This document shows, piece by piece, positions 37,789-49,428 of a stretch of DNA of 64,000 nucleotides (position 1 is its first letter; the number at the start of each line of letters is the position of its first letter). Source of the stretch: an uncultured Eubacteriales bacterium (lineage in GTDB: Bacteria > Bacillota > Clostridia > Oscillospirales > Acutalibacteraceae). Both the position numbers and the translations under genes were made by a program. The notes under the pieces were generated by a model. The model made no database searches, was not told the DNA's origin, and saw nothing but the letters and a program-made list of their open reading frames with translations. The DNA lies in contig OMUY01000094.1 of the NCBI GenBank assembly GCA_900314355.1, positions 11,428-75,427 of the forward strand, written 5' to 3'.

Positions 37789-38862
37789 TCATTCCTGCGC
37801 CGATTTAAGTTCGATTTTCTTTTTCACGCTTTCGTCATATTTTGAAATAATATACCTTCTCATTTGAGATATGACTATACTCAGCGCAAACGACGCGGCT
37901 ATTATCAACAGGTAAATCCAGACATTAATCTCGCCCTTTTTAAAAAGAAACGTTTTCATCATATTGTGCGTAAGGTAGAGCTCGAGAGACATCTTTCCGC
38001 AATACGAAATAAACTTGTATATTACGCCGTGTTTTTTCACGACATAGCAAAGCATAGCGATAATAAGCGTAAGCGATACGGAAGAAAATGTTTTATTGTA
38101 CCTTGACCATTTACCTATAAATTGATAGAAAAGAGGAAATGCCATGAATCCTGAGAATATCCATATAAACGAGACGAAGTCAAACGGCTTTTTTTCGTAC
38201 ACGAGCCCGCCCGCCCAGCAGCCGAGAATAAACACGGGAATTCTTGTAAGAGCTATTTCGTATCTGCCGAAAATATTCCCATGCTTAATCATAAATAATC
38301 TCATCAAAAAAATCCAGAGAAACACAAACGCGAACGTCACCACGGTGTCAAGCTTTTTCTTCTGCAGAAATTTGAGGCATTTATATATTAACGGGTATAC
38401 GGCGTAAAGAACCATTATCAGAATAACATACCAGCCGGGATGTTTTCCCGGATGCGGATAGTCCATTTTTCCGGTCAGAAATCCTATTCCCGTCCAATTC
38501 AGAATAAAATCAACGAAGCCCTCTTTCATGGCGAAAAACGTGCCGTAAACCGTCATCGGAAGAGCGATCATAAGATAAATCAGATATACGCTTATTGTTC
38601 TTTTTATATAATAATTTACAAACTTAACTTTTTTGTTTTCAAAAGAAAAGTAATTGCTCATTCCGGACAGAAAAAGAAACATTTCCACTCCGATGTTAAG
38701 CTGATCTACAATGTAAAGGACTGTATTATTCGAATAATGAAGGCATGTCGTAGAATGATATATCATTATGAAAATCGCGGCGACGCCCATCAAAAAAAAT
38801 CTGTTCTCGCTCAATATATACCATGTAAACCGGCTTGGCTCTTTTTGTTCGGTTTTTTTCAT
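37789..38862 (-). CDS. Acyltransferase family 3 (membrane O-acyltransferase)
   Basis: 357 aa, about 10 TM segments. N-terminal FFLMGVAAIFIMIYHS and VEMFLFLSGMS resemble the acyltransferase_3 signature. GGAG SD. Confidence 0.65.
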   Translation of the reverse strand: MKKTEQKEPSRFTWYILSENRFFLMGVAAIFIMIYHSTTCLHYSNNTVLYIVDQLNIGVEMFLFLSGMSNYFSFENKKVKFVNYYIKRTISVYLIYLMIALPMTVYGTFFAMKEGFVDFILNWTGIGFLTGKMDYPHPGKHPGWYVILIMVLYAVYPLIYKCLKFLQKKKLDTVVTFAFVFLWIFLMRLFMIKHGNIFGRYEIALTRIPVFILGCWAGGLVYEKKPFDFVSFIWIFSGFMAFPLFYQFIGKWSRYNKTFSSVSLTLIIAMLCYVVKKHGVIYKFISYCGKMSLELYLTHNMMKTFLFKKGEINVWIYLLIIAASFALSIVISQMRRYIISKYDESVKKKIELKSAQE

Positions 38863-38954
38863 AACTGCTCCAAAAAAATATTATTGCCGTTATTGATTTT
38901 TCAATTACAAACGACAGTAATATTCTATATTAATATTTATCGTTAGTCAAGGGG

Positions 38955-38981
38955 AAAAACCTCCCGTGAAAGGAGGTTTTT
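38955..38981 (-). terminator. Terminator of gdhA
   Basis: aaaaacctcc (38955-38964) / ggaggttttt (38972-38981): 5 GC/AU core pairs extended by an A/U run. Confidence 0.65.
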
Positions 38982-39012
38982 CATTTTAACAATTTTATAT
39001 TATTATGTGATA

Positions 39013-40362
39013 TCAGAAAATTCCCTGACGTATCATGGCGTCGGCAACTCTTTCAAATCCTGCTATATTGGCTCCGGCGACAAGGTCATATCCGAGTCCG
39101 TATCTTTCTGCGGCGTCCTTGGAATTATTGTAGATATTGTTCATTATACCGTGCAGATGTTTGTCGACTTCCTCCGCCGTCCATGACAATCTTTCCGAAT
39201 TCTGCGACATCTCAATACCTGACGTGGCAACTCCGCCGGCATTGACCGCCTTTGAAGGCGCGACTATTATTCCGTCGGTATTTCTCAGATAGGCGAGAGC
39301 GTCGTTTGTGGTAGGCATATTTGCGACCTCAATATAATATTTTATTTTGTTTGCCGCGATTTTCTTCGCGCTTTCCAAATTCACGTCGTTTTGAACCGCC
39401 GAAGGCATTACAATATCAATATTCTTGTCGCTCCACGGTTTTTCGCCGGGATGGTACTCGGCGCCGAATTTTTCGGCATATTTCTCTATATCGACAGAAC
39501 CTTTTTTCCTGAGGTCAAGAATAAATTGAAGTTTTTCGTCCGTCGCCACGCCGTCCTTGTCATACACATAGCCGTTTACGGACGACAACGTAACTACTTT
39601 AGCGCCGAGCTGAGCCGCTTTTTTGCAAACGCCCCATGTTACGTTTCCGAATCCGGAACATGCTATTCTTTTTCCTTTAATATCGTCGCCGCAGTCCTTC
39701 AATACGTTCTGAAGATAATAAACCGCGCCGTAGCCCGTCGCCTCGGGACGAATGAGTGAACCGCCGTATGAATAATCCTTGCCGGTGAACGCTCCGTTTT
39801 CAAAATTGCCCTTTAATCTTCTGTATTCACCGAAAAGATATCCTATTTCACGCGATCCCACACCCATGTCGCCTGCGGGAATATCGGTGTCGGGTCCTAT
39901 GTATCTGTATAAAGCGTCCATAAACGACTGGCAGAAGCGCATTATCTCAGCATCTGATTTGCCCTCCGGATCGAAATCGGAACCGCCTTTGGCTCCGCCC
40001 ATCGGAAGACCGGTAAGCGAATTTTTAAAAATCTGCTCAAAACCCAAAAACTTTATTATGCTGAGGTTTACGTTTTTCTGAAATCTCAGTCCGCCTTTGT
40101 ATGGACCTATCGCTCCGTTGAACTGGCATCTGTATCCGGTGTTGACGTGATATCTGCCGTCGTCGGACTGCCAAACAACTTTGAACGTAAATGTGCGCTC
40201 AGGCTCCACAATTCTTTCAAGAAGCGCGTTTTTCTCGTACTCGGGATGAGAGTCGACGCATTTTTCAAGCGACGAGAGAACTTCCTCTACGGTCTGACAA
40301 AATTCAGGCTGATTCGAATACCTTTTCTTGACTGACTCAATAACGCTTTTCGTATAACTCAT
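39013..40362 (-). CDS. gdhA: NADP-specific glutamate dehydrogenase
   Basis: KGGLRFQKNVNLSIIKFLGFEQIFKNSLTGLPMGGAKGGSDFDPEGKS and a Rossmann GFGNVTWG motif. GGAGGA SD. Confidence 0.95.
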   Translation of the reverse strand: MSYTKSVIESVKKRYSNQPEFCQTVEEVLSSLEKCVDSHPEYEKNALLERIVEPERTFTFKVVWQSDDGRYHVNTGYRCQFNGAIGPYKGGLRFQKNVNLSIIKFLGFEQIFKNSLTGLPMGGAKGGSDFDPEGKSDAEIMRFCQSFMDALYRYIGPDTDIPAGDMGVGSREIGYLFGEYRRLKGNFENGAFTGKDYSYGGSLIRPEATGYGAVYYLQNVLKDCGDDIKGKRIACSGFGNVTWGVCKKAAQLGAKVVTLSSVNGYVYDKDGVATDEKLQFILDLRKKGSVDIEKYAEKFGAEYHPGEKPWSDKNIDIVMPSAVQNDVNLESAKKIAANKIKYYIEVANMPTTNDALAYLRNTDGIIVAPSKAVNAGGVATSGIEMSQNSERLSWTAEEVDKHLHGIMNNIYNNSKDAAERYGLGYDLVAGANIAGFERVADAMIRQGIF

Positions 40363-40747
40363 AGTTATTCCTCCGTTTAATAAATTGGGAAAAAATTTTC
40401 AGAGGCCCGGGTCGCTGAGACATATCAAAAGCCTGTGCGGTTCTGACCGGCTGACAGTGTTTTTCTCAAAACCGAAACTATTATAGTTAATGAAAATTCA
40501 AATTTCCATATGTATTATCCATAAATTTTTCAGGTTATTTTAAAAATATTTTGTATTTAATCTACTTATTATCAAACAAATCATCAATCACACAATATTT
40601 TATTCATCAATTTAGTCATGTTTGACGTATTAAGCGCTCGACATTTTGTTAAATTTTGTACATTTATTACAACCGACCTTACTAACCCGACATATTCATA
40701 ATTTATTTTACACGGCAAAAATTTCCGCATGCCAATGATATCGGCAC

Positions 40748-40782
40748 AAAAAAACGGGCGGAAATGCTGATTCCCTGCCCGT
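40748..40782 (-). terminator. Terminator of rny
   Basis: acgggc (40754-40759) / gcccgt (40777-40782), with A7 on the + strand giving a minus-strand U7 tail. Confidence 0.65.
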
Positions 40783-40792
40783 ATTTGTTTTT

Positions 40793-42343
40793 TTATTTAG
40801 CGTAGTCGGCTGCTCTCGTTTCCCTGATGATATTGACCTTTATCTGTCCGGGATATTCCATTTCTTCCTCTATCTTTTTCGCTATATCTCTTGCGATAAT
40901 AACCATTTTATCGTCGGATATTATCTCAGGCTTTACAAGTATTCTGACTTCCCTGCCGGCTTGAATTGCGTAGCACTTATCTACTCCATCGAATGATTTG
41001 GCGATCTCCTCAAGTTTTTCGAGTCTCTTGATGTAGCTTTCAAGATCTTCTCTTCTCGCGCCGGGGCGAGACGCTGAAATCGCATCGGCCGCCTGAACGA
41101 GGCACGCTATTACGGATTTGGGCTCCACATCGCCGTGGTGAGCCGCTATAGCGTTTACGACAATATCGTTTTCCCTGTATCTCTTAGCGTATTCAACTCC
41201 CAATTCGACATGCGAACCGCCTACGTCGTGGTCGATGGATTTACCTATATCGTGAAGAAGTCCCGCCCTTCTCGCGAGCTTTTCGTCCGCTCCTATTTCA
41301 GCCGCCATAAGTCCGGCGAGGTAGGAAACCTCGAGAGAATGTTTAAGAACACTCTGCCCGTAGCTTGTACGGTATTTAAGCCTTCCTATCATTTTTACAA
41401 GTTCGGGGTTCAAATTGTTTACGCCCGCCTCTATGCAGGCTTTTTCACCCGTCTGGCGTATTACGTTGTTTACCTCTTTTGTCGCCTTCTGGAACATCTC
41501 CTCGATTTTGGCGGGATGTATTCTTCCGTCGGCTATCAGTTTTTCAAGCGTGATTCTCGCTATCTCTCTTCTGACCGGGTCAAAACATGAAACCGTAATT
41601 GATTCAGGCGTATCGTCAATTATGAGGTCGGCGCCGGTCACGTTTTCGATAGCCTTGATATTTCTTCCCTCTCTGCCGATAATCCTTCCCTTCATATCGT
41701 CATTGGGGAGGTCAACGACTGAAACAGTCGTCTCGGCGGTCTGGTCGGCGGCGCATCTCTGAATGGCCGTTGAAATTATCTCCTTCGCCTTTTCGTCGCA
41801 CTCGTCTTTAAGTCTGTTTTCATAATCGAGAATCTTAACGGCTTTTTCGTGGTCAAGCTGATTTTCGACAATCGAAAGAAGGTAATCTTTCGCCTGCTGA
41901 ACAGTCATGGACGAAATTTTTTCAAGCATATTCTGCTGTGTCTGTTTTAGAGCTTCTGCCTCCTGAATTTTTTTATCGGCATCTTTTAGTTTTCTGTTTA
42001 GATTATCGTCTTTCTTTTCGAGGTTGTCTGTTTTTCTGTCGAGGTTTTCCTCTTTTTGATTAAGTCTTCTCTCCTGTTTTGAAATTTCCGCGCGTCTTTC
42101 TTTCATTTCCTTTTCCATCTCGTCGCGCATCTGATGGATTTCTTCTTTTGCTTCTACTATGGATTCTTTCTTCTTCTGTTCGCCCTCCTGGACGGCTTTC
42201 GCAACTATTCTGTTCGCTTCTTCCTGCGCCGAGCCTATTGCTTTTTCGGCGACATTTTTTCTATGAGCCTGCCCAAGGATGAATCCGATAATACCGCAAA
42301 CGACTGCGACCGCAAAAATTACGGCCCAAGCCCAAATCGGCAT
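40793..42343 (-). CDS. rny: Ribonuclease Y
   Basis: N-terminal TM helix, coiled-coil Lys/Glu-rich region, KH ([11 protein letters not shown]) and HD (LLHDIGK) domains. I prefer ATG 42343 ([10 protein letters not shown]...) with AGGAGG upstream. The track start at 42382 adds 13 aa. Confidence 0.92.
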   Translation of the reverse strand: MPIWAWAVIFAVAVVCGIIGFILGQAHRKNVAEKAIGSAQEEANRIVAKAVQEGEQKKKESIVEAKEEIHQMRDEMEKEMKERRAEISKQERRLNQKEENLDRKTDNLEKKDDNLNRKLKDADKKIQEAEALKQTQQNMLEKISSMTVQQAKDYLLSIVENQLDHEKAVKILDYENRLKDECDEKAKEIISTAIQRCAADQTAETTVSVVDLPNDDMKGRIIGREGRNIKAIENVTGADLIIDDTPESITVSCFDPVRREIARITLEKLIADGRIHPAKIEEMFQKATKEVNNVIRQTGEKACIEAGVNNLNPELVKMIGRLKYRTSYGQSVLKHSLEVSYLAGLMAAEIGADEKLARRAGLLHDIGKSIDHDVGGSHVELGVEYAKRYRENDIVVNAIAAHHGDVEPKSVIACLVQAADAISASRPGARREDLESYIKRLEKLEEIAKSFDGVDKCYAIQAGREVRILVKPEIISDDKMVIIARDIAKKIEEEMEYPGQIKVNIIRETRAADYAK

Positions 42344-42580
42344 AATGCAGTATTCCTCCTGAATTATAAATATATTTGCCAAAATAACTGATATAGGTCA
42401 ATGATATCAAATCTGACAATTAATAAGTAAACAGCTGTAATAAATTTACAGTTATTCTTTAATATTTTATTACTAATTTTTCAACAAGTCAATAGAAATG
42501 AATGTATAATTGTAATTTTTTACTGTTTAAATTAAAATACAGATGTGATATAATTATTTTAAAATCGGATTAACATATAG

Positions 42581-43984
<1,404 letters not shown>

Positions 43985-43989
43985 CGCCG

Positions 43990-44457
43990 ATGTTCAGAAA
44001 AATCAAGAAACAGTCAGAAAAAAATAAAGCCGAAATAATTTCGGCGGAATACGGAAAAAAAGAAGAAGGCGGCAATTTCCCTTCCGAGCAATTCGGCGTT
44101 TCGCAGCTTGCTTTTCTCGGAGACAGCGTTTACGAGGTGGCGGTCAGGCAGAAACTTTGCGAACATTATGAAGAAAAAGCGCAAAAACTTCACGATGAAG
44201 CCGTCAAAATTTCAAACGCTAAATTTCAGTCGCGGGCTGTCGATATTATCTATCCCGTTTTGAGTGAACGGGAAAAGGAAATTTATATAAAGGGAAGAAA
44301 TCTTCACACGCCGCACAAGCCGAAATCCGCGACAAAGAAAGAGTACAGCAGGGCAACAGGTCTTGAAACTCTATTCGGAAAGCTGTGGGAAGACCGCAAT
44401 TTCGGCAGAATAGAAGAATTGATAAATATTATTTTGAAAAAAGAAACGGAGGAGTGA
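43990..44457 (+). CDS. mrnC: Mini-ribonuclease 3
   Basis: LAFLGDSVYEVAVRQKL..., ...YSRATGLETLFGKLW; 155 aa. Confidence 0.8.
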   Translation: MFRKIKKQSEKNKAEIISAEYGKKEEGGNFPSEQFGVSQLAFLGDSVYEVAVRQKLCEHYEEKAQKLHDEAVKISNAKFQSRAVDIIYPVLSEREKEIYIKGRNLHTPHKPKSATKKEYSRATGLETLFGKLWEDRNFGRIEELINIILKKETEE

Positions 44458-44461
44458 TTAT

Positions 44462-45292
44462 ATGCTTTATCTCGGAGCGCACCTGTCTGCGTCGAAAGGC
44501 TTTCTCGCGATGGGAGAGACGGCGAAAAAAATAGGCGCAAACACATTTCAGTTTTTCACGAGAAATCCGCGCGGAGGCTCGGCGAAAAATCTTGACATGG
44601 AAGATATAAAAAAATATCTTGAATTTTCAAAGGAAAACGATTTCGGAAAGATAGTCGCTCATGCTCCGTATACGATGAATCTCTGTTCAAAAGACGAAAA
44701 AATCAGAAAATTCGGCAGAGATATGTTTTCCGATGATCTTGACAGAATGGAAAAACTGCCGGGCAACTACTACAATTTTCATCCGGGCAGCCATACGGGG
44801 CAGGGTCTTGAAATCGGAATAGACGAGATAGCCGACGCTTTAAACGAAATACTCTTCCCGGGGATGAAAACCACCGTTCTTCTTGAGACAATGGCGGGAA
44901 AAGGCTCAGAGGTCGGTTCTCATTTTGAAGAGCTCGCCGAAATTATTTCAAAAGTAAAATTAAACGAGTGCCTCGGCGTCTGCCTCGACACTTGTCATGT
45001 GACGGACTCCGGATACAATATTATCTTAGAGCCGGATGAAATAATGAAAAAATTCGGCGACACAATAGGATTCGACCGACTTAAAGCGGTACATCTCAAC
45101 GATTCGAAATTCGGTCTTTCATCGCACAAGGACAGACATGAAAAAATAGGCGAGGGAAAAATAGGTCTTGAGCCGCTTTTGAAATTCATTGAAAGAGAAG
45201 AAATAAGAAATCTGCCGATAATTCTCGAAACGCCCAACGACGAGGAGGGCTACGCAAGAGAAATCGAAATTCTGCGAAAAAATTTCAAATAA
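44462..45292 (+). CDS. nfo: Deoxyribonuclease IV (endonuclease IV)
   Basis: LGAHLSASKGF, ANTFQFFTRNPRG, VAHAPYTMNL, LETMAGKGSE, HLNDS; TIM-barrel AP endonuclease 2 family. Confidence 0.9.
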   Translation: MLYLGAHLSASKGFLAMGETAKKIGANTFQFFTRNPRGGSAKNLDMEDIKKYLEFSKENDFGKIVAHAPYTMNLCSKDEKIRKFGRDMFSDDLDRMEKLPGNYYNFHPGSHTGQGLEIGIDEIADALNEILFPGMKTTVLLETMAGKGSEVGSHFEELAEIISKVKLNECLGVCLDTCHVTDSGYNIILEPDEIMKKFGDTIGFDRLKAVHLNDSKFGLSSHKDRHEKIGEGKIGLEPLLKFIEREEIRNLPIILETPNDEEGYAREIEILRKNFK

Positions 45293-45357
45293 ATTTAATG
45301 TCCTGAATTATAATTATAAATAAAAAAACACATACAACAAAAAAGGAGGCGTGAAAT

Positions 45358-45603
45358 ATGCCCGAAACAAAAAAATTCGACTTCGGAAACGGCGAACGCG
45401 CCAAGCTCAAAAAGGATTTGGCGGAGATTTACAACGCTCTCGAGGAAAAAGGATACGACCCCGTAAATCAGATAGCGGGTTATATTATCACCGAGGACCC
45501 GGCGTACATCACAAGCTACAAAGACGCGAGGTCGAAAATGGCGAGAATGGACAGATACGATATTTTAAAAGAGCTTATCAAGTCGTATCTCGAAGTCGGA
45601 TAA
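45358..45603 (+). CDS. ireB: IreB family regulatory phosphoprotein (UPF0297)
   Basis: AEIYNALEEKGYDPVNQIAGYIITEDPAYITSYKDAR; 81 aa; AAGGAGG SD. Confidence 0.85.
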   Translation: MPETKKFDFGNGERAKLKKDLAEIYNALEEKGYDPVNQIAGYIITEDPAYITSYKDARSKMARMDRYDILKELIKSYLEVG

Positions 45604-47748
45604 ATGAAAAGACCGGCGGTTCTTTTCGGTCTGATAATCATGCTGGCTCTGCCGGTCATGATTCTGTCGGACGCGAGACCGTCAAAATTGATAATCCCGG
45701 CGGCGGTTTCGGCAGCGGCCGGGATAGTTTTGGTTTTTTTTAAGCGGTTTAAATTCAGTCGGATTGCCGCGTTGTCGCTTTTTGTATTCGCCGCCTCTGC
45801 CGTCATCTACTGCGTATCGTACGAAATAAATATTAAACCTGCCGAAAATTTAAGCAGTCAATATTATCACTCGGTTTCCGGCACAGTCTGCGGCATTTAC
45901 GGCAGCGGAAAAATTGTCAAAACGCGCGAAACAGACGGCGAAAAAACAAATTTCAAATTCATATTATACGGCGCCGACGTTTCTGTCGGAGACGAGTTTT
46001 ATTCTGATAATGTTGTTTTTTCCGACATAAATGGCAGCAGGGCTTATGTAATTTCAATGCTGTCCGATTCCGTAATAAAAACAGGATACGCAAGTTCTTT
46101 CAGCGCAAGAAAAACCGACAGGTATAAAGTGAAAAAATTTTTTCTGTCGGTTAGAGAAAAAATCACATTAAGACTTCAAAACGGAATGAACGACGAATAC
46201 GCCTCGATTTCAGACGCCGTGCTGACGGGAAACACGGACAATGTATCGCGGAAAAATCTGACTTCGTTCAGAAGGGCGGGAGTATCTCATCTTTTCGCTG
46301 TTTCGGGACTTCATCTGACGCTGTGGGTGACGTTGATAGTTTATCTGTTAAATACATTCACAAACGTTCCTTCATTTGCAAAAGCTGCCGTATCCGCTTT
46401 TTTCGTCGTGTTTTTCATGTTTCTGACAGGATTTTCCCCTTCGGTTTTAAGAGCCGGAATCATGACTCTTATTTTCGATATGTCGCTTATTCTCGGCAAA
46501 AAAGCGGACAGCCTGAACTCTCTTTTTATTGCGCTTTCGCTGATATTGATTGTATCTCCGTTTTCTGCCGTATCGGCGGCGCTGTGGCTTTCGTTTCTCG
46601 CAAGTTTATGCTTCATTCTTCTGTCCGGTCCCGTTCGGAAATTCTGCGAAAAAACCGGGGAAAAGATAAAATTAAAATTTTTTTCATCTGCTTACAAAAC
46701 TTTATTTTCTCTTTTTATATTGTCGCTCACCGTAACTGTTTTCACTCTGCCTGTAACCGTTTTTTATTTCGGTTCGTATTCGCTGTGGGCTCCCCTTTCA
46801 AACGTGCTCTGCGTAATACCGGCGGAGATGATGATGGTTTTCTCGGGGCTCGGCGTAATTTTTTATAAAACAGAAGCGCTGATGAATTTAAATTTTCTTC
46901 TCGCATCTGTACTTGCGAAATACCTTTTGAAAGCGGTTGATTTTGTTTCGGGTCTCAAATTTTCCGTAATAGACGCGGACAACTTATTCATCAAAATTTC
47001 GGCGGCAGTGATTTTTTCTCTTCTTATTCTGTCGCTTTTCATCTTCGGAAAAAAACCTTCAGAAATGTTCAGATCGGCTTTATGCCTTTCGCTTTGCCTC
47101 GTATCGGTTTCGCTGATTTCGGTATACGCAGGCAGAAATGACGTCCGTTTCATTGTTTCGGACGCGGGGCAGGGCGCAGTCGTCACCGTAAAAGAAAACG
47201 GCAGAACTTTCGTAATAGGTTCGTGCGGAACGGAAAATTTTTCATCGGTCCGCTATGACATATCCGAAAATTCAAACAAAACGGTAGATTTTCTCCTTGC
47301 TACAAATCCCGCAGGAGAACAGAAACAGTATTTCAAAGATATAGCCCGGGAATTTACGGTAAAAAAAGCGGTATCGCCGGAAAAATTAAACGCTCAGGGA
47401 AATATTTCGTATTCTTCGGAATTTTCCTCCGAGCTTGACTCGGGAATTTGTTTGAATTATATTAATAATAAAGACGCGAACTGCTGTCTTTTGGAAATTC
47501 GCAATTTCAAACTTCTCGTAATATTCGACCCGTCAAAAAGCGTTCCGTCCGATTTTATTTCATGCGACGCCGCAGTATGCTCAAACTACAAACCGTCATA
47601 TATCGATGAAAATAAACTTGACGCCGTCATTATTTCGACGGACTCAAAAAAATATTATTACGACAATATTTTTTCGACAAAATTCGATTCCGCAGTCGAA
47701 GGCAAAATCACCGGGGACGGAAAACTTACTCTCAGTCCGAGGCAGTAG
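45604..47748 (+). CDS. comEC: DNA internalization-related competence protein ComEC/Rec2
   Basis: FRRAGVSHLFAVSGLHL competence-domain signature and multiple TM segments. The C-terminal beta-lactamase-like region begins RFIVSDAGQGAVVTV. Confidence 0.85.
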   Translation: MKRPAVLFGLIIMLALPVMILSDARPSKLIIPAAVSAAAGIVLVFFKRFKFSRIAALSLFVFAASAVIYCVSYEINIKPAENLSSQYYHSVSGTVCGIYGSGKIVKTRETDGEKTNFKFILYGADVSVGDEFYSDNVVFSDINGSRAYVISMLSDSVIKTGYASSFSARKTDRYKVKKFFLSVREKITLRLQNGMNDEYASISDAVLTGNTDNVSRKNLTSFRRAGVSHLFAVSGLHLTLWVTLIVYLLNTFTNVPSFAKAAVSAFFVVFFMFLTGFSPSVLRAGIMTLIFDMSLILGKKADSLNSLFIALSLILIVSPFSAVSAALWLSFLASLCFILLSGPVRKFCEKTGEKIKLKFFSSAYKTLFSLFILSLTVTVFTLPVTVFYFGSYSLWAPLSNVLCVIPAEMMMVFSGLGVIFYKTEALMNLNFLLASVLAKYLLKAVDFVSGLKFSVIDADNLFIKISAAVIFSLLILSLFIFGKKPSEMFRSALCLSLCLVSVSLISVYAGRNDVRFIVSDAGQGAVVTVKENGRTFVIGSCGTENFSSVRYDISENSNKTVDFLLATNPAGEQKQYFKDIAREFTVKKAVSPEKLNAQGNISYSSEFSSELDSGICLNYINNKDANCCLLEIRNFKLLVIFDPSKSVPSDFISCDAAVCSNYKPSYIDENKLDAVIISTDSKKYYYDNIFSTKFDSAVEGKITGDGKLTLSPRQ

Positions 47749-47754
47749 AATAAA

Positions 47755-48777
47755 ATGAAATTAAACGAATACGAAATAAAAAAAATCATCTCGTCAAAAA
47801 ACGCTTCGGGCGTCTACTTTTTCACGGGAGACCCATATCTCGTAAAAGTCTACTCCGAAAGGCTCGCTCATTCATCTGTTACTGCCGATTCATTCGACTT
47901 TTATCCGCTCGACGGAGCCTCGGTGACGTTTCAGCAGCTTTTCGAGGCGTGCTCGTCTTATCCGATAGCCGGAGATACGACGTCCGTATTTTTAAAATCT
48001 CTCGACCTTACGTCTTTCAAAAAAAAGGATCTTGAAACTTTTCAAAAAATAATATCGGGTATTCCTTCAACTGCCCTGCTCGTCATCACACTTAAAGAGA
48101 TGACGGACAAAAAAGATTTAAATTATCTCAATGTTCTTTTAAACGACCTGTCGAAAAATTATTCGGTAGCAGACCTGACGGTAAAAACTTCGCGCGACTT
48201 GTCTTTGCAGGCCGTAAAGTGGGCAAAAAAATACGGAAAAGAATTAACGCCCGCCGACGCTTCTTTTTTCGTCACATATGTCGGCACAGACATGACAAAT
48301 ATGGCAAACGAGCTTAAAAAGCTCTGCTGTTTCAGCGATGACGGAAAAATAAAACGCTCTGACATCACGGCTATATGCACGCCGTCGGACGAATCGAGGA
48401 TATTCGACATAGTAAAACATATAAATTCCGGCAGGACGGGCGACGCGTACAGGGAGATTTCTCTTCTTTTAAAAGAAGGAGAGGAACCCGTAAAAATCGC
48501 CGCCGTCATAGCAAACGGATATTCTGACATTTACAGAGGGCTTTTGTGCGCCGGTTCGCAGTCGAAAATCTCGGAGACTTCAAAAGCCTACGGCTACGGC
48601 AAGAACGATTTCAGACTTAAAAACGCTTCGCGCGACGCCGGAAAATATTCTCTGTCGGATATAAGAAAAACCGTTTCAATCTGCCTTGACTACGACAGAA
48701 AAATGAAATCGACCTCATCGGAAAAGACAGTTCTTCTCGAAGAAATGATATTTGACCTGAGCCATGTTAAAAATTGA
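47755..48777 (+). CDS. holA: DNA polymerase III delta subunit
   Basis: 340 aa; VYFFTGDPYL N-terminus; conserved position after comEC as in other Firmicutes. Confidence 0.8.
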   Translation: MKLNEYEIKKIISSKNASGVYFFTGDPYLVKVYSERLAHSSVTADSFDFYPLDGASVTFQQLFEACSSYPIAGDTTSVFLKSLDLTSFKKKDLETFQKIISGIPSTALLVITLKEMTDKKDLNYLNVLLNDLSKNYSVADLTVKTSRDLSLQAVKWAKKYGKELTPADASFFVTYVGTDMTNMANELKKLCCFSDDGKIKRSDITAICTPSDESRIFDIVKHINSGRTGDAYREISLLLKEGEEPVKIAAVIANGYSDIYRGLLCAGSQSKISETSKAYGYGKNDFRLKNASRDAGKYSLSDIRKTVSICLDYDRKMKSTSSEKTVLLEEMIFDLSHVKN

Positions 48778-49372
48778 CAGACCTATAATAGTCGAGGGCA
48801 AATACGACAAGATAAAACTTTCCTCTTTCATAGACGGAACCATAATAGATATAGGCGGATTTTCTTTTTTCTCAAATAGAGAGAAAAAGGAATTTATAAA
48901 AAAACTCGCCGAAAAAAAGGGCATTATAGTGCTGACCGATTCGGACTCCGCCGGATTTAAAATAAGAAATTTCATCCGTTCTATTGCCGGCGACGAAAAT
49001 ATTACAAACGTCTATATTCCGGACGTTTACGGCAAAGAAAAAAGAAAAGACAAATGGTCTGCTGAAGGTAAACTCGGCGTAGAAGGAATTGACGAAAAAA
49101 CACTTTCGGAATGTTTAAAAAAAGCCGGTCTTGTTTCCGATAATTCGGACTGCCCGGAAAAATTCGAAAACGGCAGAAAGCTAACCCCTTCCGATCTTTT
49201 TTCAGACTCGGTGACAGGCTCGCCCAATTCTGCGGATCTCAGAAAACGTCTTTTAAAAAACCTCGGTCTTCCCGAGCATCTGTCCGCAAATCAGATGATA
49301 AAATTTATAAACTCATATCTTTCCTACGACGAATACGCCGAGGCGCTGAAAAAAGCGAAATCGGACTTCTGA
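48764..49372 (+). CDS. Toprim-domain protein, RNase M5 (RnmV)-like / DUF4093-like
   Basis: PIIVEGKYDKIKL and IIVLTDSDSAGFKIRNFI parallel RNase M5 IVVEGKDD / ILTDPDFPGEKIR. 14-nt overlap with holA. Confidence 0.55.
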   Translation: MLKIDRPIIVEGKYDKIKLSSFIDGTIIDIGGFSFFSNREKKEFIKKLAEKKGIIVLTDSDSAGFKIRNFIRSIAGDENITNVYIPDVYGKEKRKDKWSAEGKLGVEGIDEKTLSECLKKAGLVSDNSDCPEKFENGRKLTPSDLFSDSVTGSPNSADLRKRLLKNLGLPEHLSANQMIKFINSYLSYDEYAEALKKAKSDF

Positions 49373-49428
49373 AAAATTCCCGGCGCCGCCGTGTCCGTTC
49401 GGTTTGACGAAATTAAAAGGCTGATAAA

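Noticed and set aside
40363-40792. glnA-type or other riboswitch / sRNA in the 430-nt region upstream of gdhA
   Set aside because: There are no conserved glutamine-riboswitch blocks. A plausible TGGAAA-17-TATAAT promoter gives a leader of about 140 nt, but I could not fold a convincing conserved structure by eye.
45351-45743. 130-aa ORF overlapping ireB and the comEC start
   Set aside because: It is in an alternative frame of ireB, and its basic Arg/Gly-rich translation is implausible. ireB (45358) has the strong AAGGAGG SD at the right spacing.
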